From Acidobacteriota bacterium (GTDB lineage: Bacteria; Acidobacteriota; UBA890; WLXD01), in contig CBDBHB010000009.1 of assembly GCA_965205505.1 (NCBI GenBank), positions 2,240,001-2,304,000 on the forward strand: a DNA stretch of 64,000 nucleotides. The letters run 5' to 3'. The position numbers and the translations under genes were made by a program. How positions within the stretch are numbered: position 1 is the first letter of the stretch; each line of letters opens with the position of its first letter. Below are positions 41,478 through 51,947 of the stretch, piece by piece. The notes under the pieces are model-generated. The model did not search any database and was not told the origin of the DNA. It was given only the letters and a program-made list of their open reading frames with translations.

Positions 41478-43499
41478 TCAGCGGCGGCCCACCGAGACGC
41501 GGTACATGGCGTAGGCCAACGCGCTCAGGCCGACGAATCCGGGCCAGCCGCCCAACGGGGCCGTAGCGACGCGGAACATGTCGGCGCCGAAGACCGGCGA
41601 CCAGCTCGACAGCATGATCGGCAGTGCGAGCCCGATACCGATGAGCGCCTCACCGGTGATCATGCCCGAAGCCAGCAGCAGGCCGCGCAAGGATTGCTTT
41701 CCCCCACTCGCCACCGAGGCGCGTTCCGCTGCCCACCAAACGAGACCGCCAATGAAGATCGAAGTGGTGAGCTCGAGCGGCAGGTAGATGCCGACGGCAA
41801 CCGCCAGAACCGGCGTCCGGAAGCTTGTCTTACGCGCCTCGAGCGTCTTGTCGAGCACGATGATCAATGCTGCGACCACCGCGCCGATTATGATCATTGT
41901 CCAGGGCAGGCCACCCTCGAATACCCCCGTCGCCACGCTGCTCATGAGGGTCGCCTGCGGTGCACTGAGCGAGTCGGGCTGCGCTGCTGTGGGTGGGCCG
42001 ATTCCGTAGCGCGCCTGTAGCAGGTACAACACCGGCATCATTACGAAGGCGGCTGAGACCACCCCCACCAATTCCATGACCTGCTGTCGCCAAGGCGTGG
42101 CTCCCAGCAGGTGCCCGGCCTTGAGGTCCTGCATCGTGTCGCCGGAAATCGCCGCCGCGCACGCCACCATCGCGCCAACGAACACGGCGGCGGGGGGCCC
42201 GATTGGATTGTCCGGTCCGAGCAACCAGAGCAGTATGAAAGACGTAAACAGAATCGTGGCGATCGTTACGCCGGAGATCGGGTTATTCGACGAACCGACC
42301 AGGCCGGCCATGTAGCCCGCAATGGCGGCGAAGAAGAACCCGGCGAAGAGCATCACCACCGCCAACAGCGCAGAGATCGCTGCCTGGTGGAGGACTACTT
42401 GGTACACAGCGAACATCGGGACGGCGCACAGGGCGGTGGCGATGAGCACGTAGTTCATCGGCGCGTCGCGCTCGGTCCGCACGGCGCGAGCCCCCGTGTC
42501 GGAGCGCGCAGCGCGGTAGGCGGCGATTCCGGAAGCAATTCCGCGACGCACGGGTCCGATGAGGTTGATGAGGGCCCAGAGACCGCCAATAACCATGGCG
42601 CCGACGCCCAGATAGCGGATCTGGCTGCTCCAGATGTCGTAGGCGGCGTCGACGGCGTTGCCGGCCGGCATCCCCGTCTGCCAGACGTAAATCGGGATGC
42701 CGATGAACCAGGCGATCACTCCGCCGGCAAAGACCACCGCGGCAATGTTCAAGCCGACGATGTAGCCCACGCCAACCAGCGCCGGCGAGAGATTGATGCC
42801 CAGAATCCAGATGGTTCCGAGGGCCCGGCCGCCGACCGTCAAGGTCCCGCTCCATAGGCCCATGCCGGCTTCGGCGAACTTCATCGCTGCGCCGCCGAGG
42901 GCCCCGAGCCCGAGAGCGCGGATACTTCTGCGCTGCGTCTTCTCGTCGGCCCCCTCGTCGATCAGGCCGGCGGTCTCTGCGTCGGCGCCACGCACCACGC
43001 CGCCGGTCTTGAGTACCTCGGCGGTGGCCACGCCTTCTGGGAACCGCAGTTGCTCCTCGACCACCAGGGCGCGCCGCAGCGGGATGCTGAAGAGCACGCC
43101 TACAACCCCGCCGACGGCGGCGACCGCGGTCACCTGCCAATAGTCGAAAGACTCCCAGTGCCCCATCAGCACCAGCGCCGGAATGGTGAAGATGACACCG
43201 GCAGCCAGCGACTCACCGGCCGAAGCCGCCGTTTGGACTAGGTTGTTCTCGAGTATGTTCGAGTTGCGGAAGCCACGCAGCACCGCCATCGATACCACAG
43301 CAGCCGGAATCGATGCCGAGACGGTCATGCCGGCGAATAGCCCGAGGTAAGCGTTGGCACCGCCCAGAACGATGGCCAGCAGGATCCCGAGAACAACACC
43401 CTTGAGGGTCAGCTCCGGCAATCGTACGGACGCCGGGACGACGGGCGCTACCGTGCCGCGAGAGTCGAGGCTCTCGGGCGATGCGGGGTCGTTGGGCAT
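41478..43499 (-). CDS. OPT family oligopeptide transporter
   Basis: NAYLGLFAGMTVSASIPAA, ENNLVQT, LRFPEGVATAEVL, GSSNNPISG, APQATLM. Confidence 0.93.
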   Translation of the reverse strand: MPNDPASPESLDSRGTVAPVVPASVRLPELTLKGVVLGILLAIVLGGANAYLGLFAGMTVSASIPAAVVSMAVLRGFRNSNILENNLVQTAASAGESLAAGVIFTIPALVLMGHWESFDYWQVTAVAAVGGVVGVLFSIPLRRALVVEEQLRFPEGVATAEVLKTGGVVRGADAETAGLIDEGADEKTQRRSIRALGLGALGGAAMKFAEAGMGLWSGTLTVGGRALGTIWILGINLSPALVGVGYIVGLNIAAVVFAGGVIAWFIGIPIYVWQTGMPAGNAVDAAYDIWSSQIRYLGVGAMVIGGLWALINLIGPVRRGIASGIAAYRAARSDTGARAVRTERDAPMNYVLIATALCAVPMFAVYQVVLHQAAISALLAVVMLFAGFFFAAIAGYMAGLVGSSNNPISGVTIATILFTSFILLWLLGPDNPIGPPAAVFVGAMVACAAAISGDTMQDLKAGHLLGATPWRQQVMELVGVVSAAFVMMPVLYLLQARYGIGPPTAAQPDSLSAPQATLMSSVATGVFEGGLPWTMIIIGAVVAALIIVLDKTLEARKTSFRTPVLAVAVGIYLPLELTTSIFIGGLVWWAAERASVASGGKQSLRGLLLASGMITGEALIGIGLALPIMLSSWSPVFGADMFRVATAPLGGWPGFVGLSALAYAMYRVSVGRR

Positions 43500-43544
43500 G
43501 CTGGCTCGGTCGGGAGTCTGGATGCGGGCAGATTCGCGACCCTA

Positions 43545-45386
43545 TCAGCTGCCCTCCAGCTTCTCCACCAGCGTGTCGAGAGCGTCGCCCAGCGAAGCAG
43601 CGATCTCGTAGACGGCGCTATGGCCCTCGACGATCGCATAGGCTCGGCTCGAGGCGTCAGGCTCGGCGCTCGGGATCTCGCCGCCAAGCTCGATGTTGGC
43701 CACCGACGCACCGTCGATGGATGCCTGGAGCCGATAGCGCGGCGACGCCAGACCATAGGCTGCTAGATCAGGGGCGTTTTCCGACCACTCCGTGGTGACC
43801 CCCTCCATGCGCAGGTAGTTGAGGTCCCACATTAGATCGGAGACGTCGCTGGTCTCTATCGAGCCGCCGTCGGCAAGCGACCAGTCGCTGTCGTTCTTGC
43901 TCAGCGAATAGTGCCGGTCGGCCGTCTCGATGCGGATCTCGTCGAGATCGGCCTGAGTGAACTCGATAAGCGTCTTGGCGCGTAGCTCGAAGAGATCGAC
44001 GTTCAGATCAAAGGTGTCATCCGTCGGCACCAAGTAGACGGTGTCGTCGAGTGAGGTGCTTACATAGGCAGCCTCGACTTCTTCGACGTCCTCGTCGCCG
44101 GCTTCCGAAAGCGGTACGATCGACCGAGTGCCGCCGGTGCGAATCTCGATCGTCTCGACGACGGCGCTGTCTTCGTCGCCGTTCGCGCTCATACCGACCG
44201 TGACGATCGTCTCGTCGAGAGTGGCTCCGGCGCTAGCTGCGGCGAACCCCTCGGCGCGCAGATCCTCGAGCGCGCTGAGCAGTCGCGATACCACCGACGA
44301 GTCGGCGTCGAGCTGCCGGGGCTCGGTGATTTTCCAGTCGCTGCCGTCACGCTCGAGGCGAATCGGAGCGGCACCCGCCCGCTGCACCATGAGCGTGCGG
44401 ACGCGCGCTCGCGCCAGCACGATGACCTGTTTGTTGCGCAGCCCGTCGACGGTCGCAGGCACGTCATCGAGCAGATCGCTCTCGACGACGAACACCGACG
44501 TGCCGCCGGCTCGCATGGCGTAGAAGCCTTCGTCGTCGGGTGCCGCAATGCCGATGACCAGGCCGTGCGACGCATCGTCTTCGGTTCGCAACGTGATCGT
44601 CGCGGTCGGCTCCACGAGCCCGTATTCGCCCAGCTGCGCCGGTGTGGGCTCGGCGTCGATCAGGAACGACGTCGCCTCGGCGGTGTGCAGCGTCGACAGC
44701 AGGTCGTCGATCGTATCGCCATCGGCACGACCATCGAACGGTGCTGTAGCCCGCCACTGTAGCTCCTCGTCGTCCCCGGTCGCGGCCTCGAGAGCGGCGT
44801 GAAACGTGCCGCGCGACAGGTCGATGCGGCGCACCGCATCCTCATCGAACACCAACACCGACTTGTTGCGCAGGTCGAAGAGCGACTTGTCGAGCGCATC
44901 CTTGAGGCCGCGCACGGCGCTGTGGACATTGCCGCCCTCGCCGACCGTTACGTAGACGTTGGACCCGACTGGCGTGTCGTTGCCGACCGCCAAGATTGCG
45001 CGTTCGCCGTCTGACAACTCCAGGGTGACCCGTGCAATCGGTTCTGCGAGCCCGTAGGGAGCCAGGTCGTCGGCCGCCTCCGAGATCAGGCGCTCGTGCT
45101 TGCCGCTCTCCAGGCGGTCCACCATTGAGTCGATCGCAGCACCGTCGGCGGCAATCGTCACCGGAGCCACGATGCCCCACTCTCCGTCGACCTTGGTAGC
45201 CCGCAGGGTGCCGGCGGAGGTAGTGAGCTCGACCGCCGTCACCTGATCCGACTCGAAATGCAGCAGCAACTCTTCCTGGCGCTCGGTCTCCTCGCGCTCC
45301 GCTCGCCCCTGGACCTCGTAGAAGTACACAAAGCCGCCGACGAGGACCAGCACGACGGCCATGATCAACGTGTTGCGGATCTGCAT
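43545..45386 (-). CDS. DUF4340 domain protein
   Basis: N-terminal TM, repeated YGLxxP units and DLRNK; last gene of the Gld-like operon. Confidence 0.8.
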   Translation of the reverse strand: MQIRNTLIMAVVLVLVGGFVYFYEVQGRAEREETERQEELLLHFESDQVTAVELTTSAGTLRATKVDGEWGIVAPVTIAADGAAIDSMVDRLESGKHERLISEAADDLAPYGLAEPIARVTLELSDGERAILAVGNDTPVGSNVYVTVGEGGNVHSAVRGLKDALDKSLFDLRNKSVLVFDEDAVRRIDLSRGTFHAALEAATGDDEELQWRATAPFDGRADGDTIDDLLSTLHTAEATSFLIDAEPTPAQLGEYGLVEPTATITLRTEDDASHGLVIGIAAPDDEGFYAMRAGGTSVFVVESDLLDDVPATVDGLRNKQVIVLARARVRTLMVQRAGAAPIRLERDGSDWKITEPRQLDADSSVVSRLLSALEDLRAEGFAAASAGATLDETIVTVGMSANGDEDSAVVETIEIRTGGTRSIVPLSEAGDEDVEEVEAAYVSTSLDDTVYLVPTDDTFDLNVDLFELRAKTLIEFTQADLDEIRIETADRHYSLSKNDSDWSLADGGSIETSDVSDLMWDLNYLRMEGVTTEWSENAPDLAAYGLASPRYRLQASIDGASVANIELGGEIPSAEPDASSRAYAIVEGHSAVYEIAASLGDALDTLVEKLEGS

Positions 45387-45390
45387 TTTC

Positions 45391-47004
45391 CTACCTGCGC
45401 CGTCTGAGCCAGACCAACATGCCGCAGAACAGGATCAGCTCCGGCAGCAACAGCACGGCGATGTAGAAGACAGCCTGGCTCTCGTTGGCGGTCAGCATGA
45501 CGCGCGAAGCGCGTGTTTGCCGCGGCCTGATCGAGATCAATTGTTCCTCGCCCCCCAACCAGCTGATCGCGTTCAAGAAGAGGTCCTGGTTGAAGAAGTT
45601 GTTGATGTAGCGATTGCTGATCCACTCGGAGTCGCCGAACACCACCAGTCGCCCCTCGAGATCTGAAGGAGCCTCCTCGGCGGAGTCGGCATCGGTGCTC
45701 GACGCTGTTATCTCGCCGCCCCGGGCAGTGGCGATGAGCGGCGGTGTCCAGTCGAGCGCCGCGCCTGTAGCGGTTGCCGCTACCCCCACGGCGAGCGGAC
45801 CGCCCCGCTCGTCACCGCGTTCGACCTCGCCGCTGCCGAACAAGCGTTCTAGGTCGGTCTCTGCCCACGAGCTGGAGCTCGTCAGGGCGAGCTCATCGAC
45901 CACGATACCCTCGGGGGTATCCTCCGTCGCTGCCACGCTCCGTACGAGCTGGTAGATAGTGCGCTCACGGAAGCCGCTGGTGATCTCGTGTGTGCCGTAG
46001 TTGCCGACCACCGGCTCGACGCCCAGGGTGGCCCCGGCGAACAACTGGACGAACTCTTCGATGATCACGTCGTCCCCGAGCGTGACGCCGCGCTCAGCCA
46101 GCAGCGGGCGGAGCTCGTCGCCTTGTTGGGGATCGATCAGCACGATCGCCTTGCCGCCGCGCCGCAGGTAGCGCCCAAGCGTCTCGACCTCGCGCTCCAG
46201 GAGGGGCCGCTCGGCGCCGGCCAAAATGAGAACATCGGCATCGGCGGGCACGTCGGGGACGCTGGCCAACACCAGCGGCTCGAATTCATAGCCCTCGTTG
46301 TCGAGCGCCGCCTTGGCGAGACCGAAACCTCTCGGGGCGGTCGAATCGTCCGGGTCGAGCTCATCGTGCCCGGATACGTAGTAGGCCACCTTGCGTCTCG
46401 CTGACGTGAGTCGGATCAGGGTATTGATGATTCCGGCCTCGTCGATCTCGGTGATCTTGGCGGTCTCGTCGCCGGCCGTGATGTGCAACGTTCCATACTG
46501 GCTGATCTCGTACGTCTGGGCGACCTCGGGGCTCTTGTCCGGATCGATGAACTCGTAGCTGAACCGCGATGACACCGCGGCGATACCGTCGAGCAGGTCG
46601 CGCGTGGCTCCCTCCTCACCTTCGCGGTAGAAGCCGCGCGCCATGACGTCGACCTCGAGCCCGTCAAACAGCTGGGTCGTCTGCGGCGCCAGCGAGAAGA
46701 CGCCCTGCTCAGTGACATCCCAACGCCACGACCGCTGGGCGGCGAAGTAGTTCACCGCCACGATGACCGCCAGGGTCAGCAGCGTGTACACGACGGCGTT
46801 GGTGCCGTGCTTGGCTTGCCGGCCGCTGACCGACTCCTTGAGCGAGTCGATGTGAGTAAACAGGTACAGGGCCAGCATCATGCCGCCGAGAATCAGGTGC
46901 GCTAGCACGTACACCGACGACCAGTTGCCTGAGAGCAGACCCGAAAGCAGCCCGAAGACGAGAACAATGACGCCGAGCGGGCCGAACGTCCGATAGTCCC
47001 TCAT
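45391..47004 (-). CDS. GldG-like ABC auxiliary component
   Basis: WDVTEQGVFSLAPQT, FIDPD, SGHDE, LVVFGDS, NQDLFLN, ISIRP. Confidence 0.88.
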   Translation of the reverse strand: MRDYRTFGPLGVIVLVFGLLSGLLSGNWSSVYVLAHLILGGMMLALYLFTHIDSLKESVSGRQAKHGTNAVVYTLLTLAVIVAVNYFAAQRSWRWDVTEQGVFSLAPQTTQLFDGLEVDVMARGFYREGEEGATRDLLDGIAAVSSRFSYEFIDPDKSPEVAQTYEISQYGTLHITAGDETAKITEIDEAGIINTLIRLTSARRKVAYYVSGHDELDPDDSTAPRGFGLAKAALDNEGYEFEPLVLASVPDVPADADVLILAGAERPLLEREVETLGRYLRRGGKAIVLIDPQQGDELRPLLAERGVTLGDDVIIEEFVQLFAGATLGVEPVVGNYGTHEITSGFRERTIYQLVRSVAATEDTPEGIVVDELALTSSSSWAETDLERLFGSGEVERGDERGGPLAVGVAATATGAALDWTPPLIATARGGEITASSTDADSAEEAPSDLEGRLVVFGDSEWISNRYINNFFNQDLFLNAISWLGGEEQLISIRPRQTRASRVMLTANESQAVFYIAVLLLPELILFCGMLVWLRRRR

Positions 47005-47009
47005 TCGCC

Positions 47010-47783
47010 CTATCTCCAGCGCAGCGACTCGAGCGAGCGCTGCGAAAGAAAAAGTCCGATGGCCACGAGGCTCAGGTAGTAGATCACGTCCTCCGCCTTC
47101 ACCAGGCCGCGCATCAGGTCACTGGAATGGTCGGTAATCGAAAGGTAGCGCAGCACGGCGCCGAACGGCTCGCCAACGGCGTCGGCGGGCCACGAGATCA
47201 GCAATAGCATCAGCAATAGGCCGCCGGCGAGAACTCCGGCGACTATCTGGCTGTCCGTCAGTGTCGACGTGAACAGGCCGAGGGCGATCGCCGACAAACC
47301 GATCAGCAGCAGGCCGAGGTAGCCGGTGAGGATCCGTGGTATCTCGGGGTCGCCGAAGTACATCAGCACCAAGGGGTAGACGAAGAACAGCCCAAGCAGC
47401 ACGAGCAGAAAGCACGCTGCACCGAGGAACTTGCCGAAGGTGATCTCGAGGGTGCTGATCGGCGAGGTCAACAGCAATTCGTCGGTGCCGCGGGCACGCT
47501 CCTCGGCGAATAACCGCATGGTCACCAGCGGCATGATCAAAATGAACACCACGGTGACGTTGCCCAGCAGGCGCGTGATCACCATGTCGTTGAGGTTCAT
47601 CTGCTGCATCATGTCGGGCCGTTGCATCGACGAGTAGATCGCCACGAAGCGGGAGAACTGCGCCAGCATGTTCCAGAACATGAAGCCGGTGATCAGCAGG
47701 AAGCCGGCGAGCACGACGTAGGCGATGGGCGACAGGAAGTAGGCCCGCAGCTCCTTGTAGGCGAGCGCCCAGACGTTGCTCAT
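47010..47783 (-). CDS. GldF-like ABC permease
   Basis: KELRAYFLSPIAY, TMRLFAEE...GTDELLLTSP, GKFLG. Confidence 0.88.
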   Translation of the reverse strand: MSNVWALAYKELRAYFLSPIAYVVLAGFLLITGFMFWNMLAQFSRFVAIYSSMQRPDMMQQMNLNDMVITRLLGNVTVVFILIMPLVTMRLFAEERARGTDELLLTSPISTLEITFGKFLGAACFLLVLLGLFFVYPLVLMYFGDPEIPRILTGYLGLLLIGLSAIALGLFTSTLTDSQIVAGVLAGGLLLMLLLISWPADAVGEPFGAVLRYLSITDHSSDLMRGLVKAEDVIYYLSLVAIGLFLSQRSLESLRWR

Positions 47784-48661
47784 TCCCCACCTCCGTTATC
47801 GTTGGTCGGCGACGCGCCGTGGTGGCCGGCGGTGAGCTCGTTCTCCTCGGCCACGTCGCCGGCGCTGGCGGTCGACTCGTTGTTCTCGGCCACGTCCTCG
47901 GCTCCGTCGGCCGCAGCCTTCGCGTGCTCGTCGGCCGCGGCCTCGTCCTCGACCACGTCGCTGGTAGTGACTCGTAGGAACACCTGCTCGAGGTCCTCTG
48001 TCGCGGTCAACGAGTCGGTCGTATCGTCGGCAACGATCTGGCCGCGCGAGATGATCACGACCCTGTCGCACAGCTGCGTCACCTCGGGGAGGATGTGTGT
48101 CGACAGGATCACGGTGCGATCGCTGGCCAGCGACTTGATGAGCTTGCGGATGCCGATCACCTGCTTGGGATCGAGTCCGATGGTGGGCTCGTCGAGCACG
48201 ATTACCTCGGGCTCGTGGACGATAGCCTGGGCGATGGCGACGCGCTGTTTGTAGCCCCGCGACAGCGTGCTGATCGGGTGTGAGGCAACGTCGGTGGTTG
48301 CCGTGGCTTCAAGAGCGCGATCGATCGCGGCCCGCCGTTGTGCTCTGCCGACCCCATTGATCGCTGCCACGAAATGGAGGAAGGCGCGCGGCGTGAACTC
48401 GGGATACAGGGGCGGATTCTCCGGAAGGTAGCCGACGCGTTTCCGTACTTCCTTAGCCTCGTCGAATACGTCGAACCCGGCCACCCTCGCCGTGCCGCTT
48501 GTGGCCGGCATGTACCCGGTAAGAATTCGCATCGTGGTGGTCTTGCCGGATCCGTTCGGGCCCAGGAGTCCGAGGATCTCGCCGCGGGAGGCCGTGAAGC
48601 TCACGTTCTGGATCGCAGCGTGACGCCCGTAGAATTTCGTTAGCTGTTCAACCTCGATCAT
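47780..48661 (-). CDS. GldA-like ABC ATP-binding protein
   Basis: GPNGSGKTT, LSRGYKQR, VLDEPT, STH; acidic tail. Confidence 0.92.
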   Translation of the reverse strand: MIEVEQLTKFYGRHAAIQNVSFTASRGEILGLLGPNGSGKTTTMRILTGYMPATSGTARVAGFDVFDEAKEVRKRVGYLPENPPLYPEFTPRAFLHFVAAINGVGRAQRRAAIDRALEATATTDVASHPISTLSRGYKQRVAIAQAIVHEPEVIVLDEPTIGLDPKQVIGIRKLIKSLASDRTVILSTHILPEVTQLCDRVVIISRGQIVADDTTDSLTATEDLEQVFLRVTTSDVVEDEAAADEHAKAAADGAEDVAENNESTASAGDVAEENELTAGHHGASPTNDNGGGE

Positions 48662-48787
48662 CGCGTATTTCGAACACCTTCCAAGTCAGACTGATCGCGA
48701 GGGGCGACACCGCCAGAACGGGCGGCGAGGCGCAGCGGCATTCGCGCGCGTCAATAATCCTAACAAACCGTTGCTACACTTGCATCC

Positions 48788-50854
48788 GTGAGGTTTTCGG
48801 TTTCCCGCTGGACGATTCCGCTCGCGGTGGCGCTTGTCGCCGTCGGCGTCACGGGTCTGCCGGGAGCCGAGCGCTCGCATGCTCTGACGGCGCTACTCGG
48901 CGCTTTGCTTCTGGCGGTTGCGGCCGGCTGGTATTGGACCTTGGACGCGCGCGCCCAGCCGGAGCCGCTCGCCAAGACGCGCGTCGCGGGCGTGGCGTTG
49001 TCCGGCCTCGTGCTGACGCTGCTCTACCTACTGCTGGTGGCGGCCCTCGGACTGCCGTCGGGACTGGCGCGGTTCCTGTACGCAGTGTGTCTCGGCGTTG
49101 CGGCGATTGCTTTGGTGGTGGCGCTGTCGGTGGCCATCGACTTGGCGCAGCTAACCCGGCTACGCGCCGCCCGCTATCTGGCGACCATGCTCTTGGTCGG
49201 GGTGGCGTTCACGCTGGTGGCGACGGTGGCGCGAGCTCACCCGGGCACCGAGCCAATGTCCTTCACCGACCCGGCTCTGGCGCAGGCGGCGCTCGTATTG
49301 CTGGCTGCCCTGCTCGCCTACATCGCGCCCACCGAGTGGGTCTTCGTTCTCGATACGCGACAGCGGTTGGCAGTGTTCGTCGGCTGGATCGTAGCGTTAA
49401 TGCCGCTGTCCGGCGCGATGGCGGTGGCTCGCCTGGTTCCCTTGGAGCATCAGCACCTGCTGGTCGAGTTCGTGCGACTGGCGGCGCTGCTCTGCATCGT
49501 CTACCTGGTAGTCGTTCTGGCAAGGGCAACGCTGGCGCTGCCCGGAGCACGTGCCTACGAGCGCAAGGTACGCGACCTCGATGCCATCTATGACTTCAAC
49601 CTCACCGCCGGCTCGGCGTTCAACTCGCAGGAAATGCATTCCGCGGTGCTCGATTCAATGCTTGCCGTGTCGGAGCCCGACGTGGCGGTATTGGTGGAGC
49701 CCGATGCCGATAGCTCTGGCTGCTCGTGTGTTCTGTTGCGGGTCGATGGTTCCGGAAAGCACGTGTATCGATTCAACAGCCGTACCCCGTGGCTGGCGCT
49801 GGCAGAGCGCTTCACCGACCGCCGGCCGGTGGTTGTAGTTGATCATCGCAAGGCGCCGCCGGGGGTACTGGTGCGGATCTGGGAGCCGGAATCCGGCAGC
49901 TCGGTAATCGTTCCGGTGATTCCGCACGAGGGTGCCCCGCGCGCCGTCCTGATCGCCGGCCGCTTCGAGACCTACGCCTTCGATCAGGGAGAGGTACGTA
50001 GCCTCGCGGGGTTCGCTAACCAGGTCGCCCTGGCGATGGATCACGCACGATTGCTGCGCGACACAGTGGAGGCCGAGCGCCGGCAGCGCGAGCTCGAGAT
50101 TGCCCGCGAGTTTCAGATGAACCTGCTGCCGACCGAGCCGCCGGAAGTTGACGGCTTCGATATCGCCGCACGTTCCGAGCCGGCAACCGAGGTCGGCGGT
50201 GATTATTACGACTACCTGACGTTACGGAACGGCAACCTGGGCATCGTGGTCGGCGACGTCGCCGGGCACGGCATGCGCGCCGGGATGCTGATGGCGATGG
50301 CCAAGAGCGCCATCTACACGCATGGCCAATCCGACGAATCACCCACCGTGCTGATGGAGCGTCTCAACGAGACCCTGCTGCACATGTCTGCCGACAACCA
50401 GTTCATGACGATGGTCTTCTGCGAGCTCGATCAGGGCAACCGTTCGTACCGCTATTCGAACGCCGGGCACCATTACCCGCTGCACATTCGTCATGGCTCG
50501 GGAACCGTGGAAGAACTGGAGTCCAACGGTCTTCCGCTGGGCATGCTGCCGCGTGCTCCGGGCCCGTTCATCGAGCGCGACCTGAACCCGGGAGATGTGC
50601 TGGTGTTCTATTCCGACGGGGTTGTCGAGGCGGGCGAGAGCGCCGGCGAGATGTTCGGCGTCGGACGACTCGGCGAGGTGGTACTTGCGAACCGCACGCG
50701 GGATGCAAAGACTGTAGTAGAGGCCGTCTTCCGCGCGGTCCGCAGGTACAGTGGGGACGAGCCCCTTGCCGACGACGCTACGATCGTCGTCCTACGCGCG
50801 TTGCAAGACCAACCCCTGATGGAGGCAAACGATGCTCAGACAGCGCACAGCTAG
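48788..50854 (+). CDS. Membrane-anchored GAF plus PP2C/SpoIIE (RsbU-like) phosphatase
   Basis: About 8 TM segments, GAF region, EVGGDYYD, GDVAGHG, NAGH, YSDGVVE, DDAT. Confidence 0.9.
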   Translation: MRFSVSRWTIPLAVALVAVGVTGLPGAERSHALTALLGALLLAVAAGWYWTLDARAQPEPLAKTRVAGVALSGLVLTLLYLLLVAALGLPSGLARFLYAVCLGVAAIALVVALSVAIDLAQLTRLRAARYLATMLLVGVAFTLVATVARAHPGTEPMSFTDPALAQAALVLLAALLAYIAPTEWVFVLDTRQRLAVFVGWIVALMPLSGAMAVARLVPLEHQHLLVEFVRLAALLCIVYLVVVLARATLALPGARAYERKVRDLDAIYDFNLTAGSAFNSQEMHSAVLDSMLAVSEPDVAVLVEPDADSSGCSCVLLRVDGSGKHVYRFNSRTPWLALAERFTDRRPVVVVDHRKAPPGVLVRIWEPESGSSVIVPVIPHEGAPRAVLIAGRFETYAFDQGEVRSLAGFANQVALAMDHARLLRDTVEAERRQRELEIAREFQMNLLPTEPPEVDGFDIAARSEPATEVGGDYYDYLTLRNGNLGIVVGDVAGHGMRAGMLMAMAKSAIYTHGQSDESPTVLMERLNETLLHMSADNQFMTMVFCELDQGNRSYRYSNAGHHYPLHIRHGSGTVEELESNGLPLGMLPRAPGPFIERDLNPGDVLVFYSDGVVEAGESAGEMFGVGRLGEVVLANRTRDAKTVVEAVFRAVRRYSGDEPLADDATIVVLRALQDQPLMEANDAQTAHS

Positions 50855-51947
50855 CCGCAGATCGATTACCCCTTGGGTCGCGGGCTTGGCTGCGACGGCA
50901 CTGATGCTCGCGTCCGGGGCGCCGCCAGCGGGCGCTCAGAGCCTATCCGGGCCGTCCGCCGGAGAGTCAATCGCCGACTGGACGGCTCGCTGGTTCGAGG
51001 GTCCGGTGTCGCTGATCGCGACGGGCGAAGAGGGGGAGATGTTCAATGCTCTCGCCACAACGCAGGAGCGCCTGCAGTTTATCAGGCTGTTCTGGGAGCG
51101 CCGCGATCCGCTGCTGCGAGGTCCACGCAACGAATACCTCGACGAGTTCGAGCGCCGACTCGCGTATGCGATGGAGAACTTCGAGTCACGCAGCGAACCG
51201 GCCTGGGAAACCGCTTTCGGTCAGATGGTCATGCACTTCGGTCTCCCGGACCGTACCCGCCGTGAGGGTTCCTACCCAGACGGGCTTTCCAGTCGGCCGC
51301 CCATTCTCTGGTCGTACGACGAGCAGCATCCGGGCCTGGAGCCTAACGAGATGCTGCTGTTCGTGTACCGCGCCGGTCGCTGGAAGCTGATGCCGCAGCA
51401 GCCCATCGGAGTATCTGGGATTCCGGTGCAGGCGCGGCTCGCTGAAGCACGTTCCTTGCTACCTGGCATCCCGGCGGGGTATCAGCAGGCTATCGAGCTG
51501 GCCATCGATCGCTCCCTGGTCAACCCGGTCAACTACCAGGCGGCAATTAGCGACGTGCGCACCGCAGTTCTGCTTCCGGACGCCCAGATCCCGTTCGGAT
51601 GGTCGACGCGGCAGGCCGCGGCGGCGGGTGGCAAAGTGGGCATCGAAATCGAGCTGACCTTCCGCCTCGACTCGTTGGTCTTTCATCTCGTCGAGGGTGC
51701 GTTCACCACCGACATGGTCATCGATGCGCAGTTGCTGAGCGGCGATGAGCCTTTGGCGTTGGCCTCGGAGCGGGTGGTGATAACCGTTCCGGAGGCCGAG
51801 ATGGAGGGTCGTCGCCAAGAGGTCGTGCAGCGCACAATCAACATGCAAGCAGCACCGGGAGAATACACGCTCGAACTGATGCTGCTGGACCAGCTGCTCG
51901 GCTACCGCACGGTCTACCGGGAAGATCTCCAGGTGAGGTCGCCATGA
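50832..51947 (+). CDS. GWxTD domain protein (degenerate motif)
   Basis: FIRLFWERRDP...NEYLDEFERRLAYA...AWETAFG...FGLPD; signal peptide. Confidence 0.8.
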   Translation: MLRQRTASRRSITPWVAGLAATALMLASGAPPAGAQSLSGPSAGESIADWTARWFEGPVSLIATGEEGEMFNALATTQERLQFIRLFWERRDPLLRGPRNEYLDEFERRLAYAMENFESRSEPAWETAFGQMVMHFGLPDRTRREGSYPDGLSSRPPILWSYDEQHPGLEPNEMLLFVYRAGRWKLMPQQPIGVSGIPVQARLAEARSLLPGIPAGYQQAIELAIDRSLVNPVNYQAAISDVRTAVLLPDAQIPFGWSTRQAAAAGGKVGIEIELTFRLDSLVFHLVEGAFTTDMVIDAQLLSGDEPLALASERVVITVPEAEMEGRRQEVVQRTINMQAAPGEYTLELMLLDQLLGYRTVYREDLQVRSP

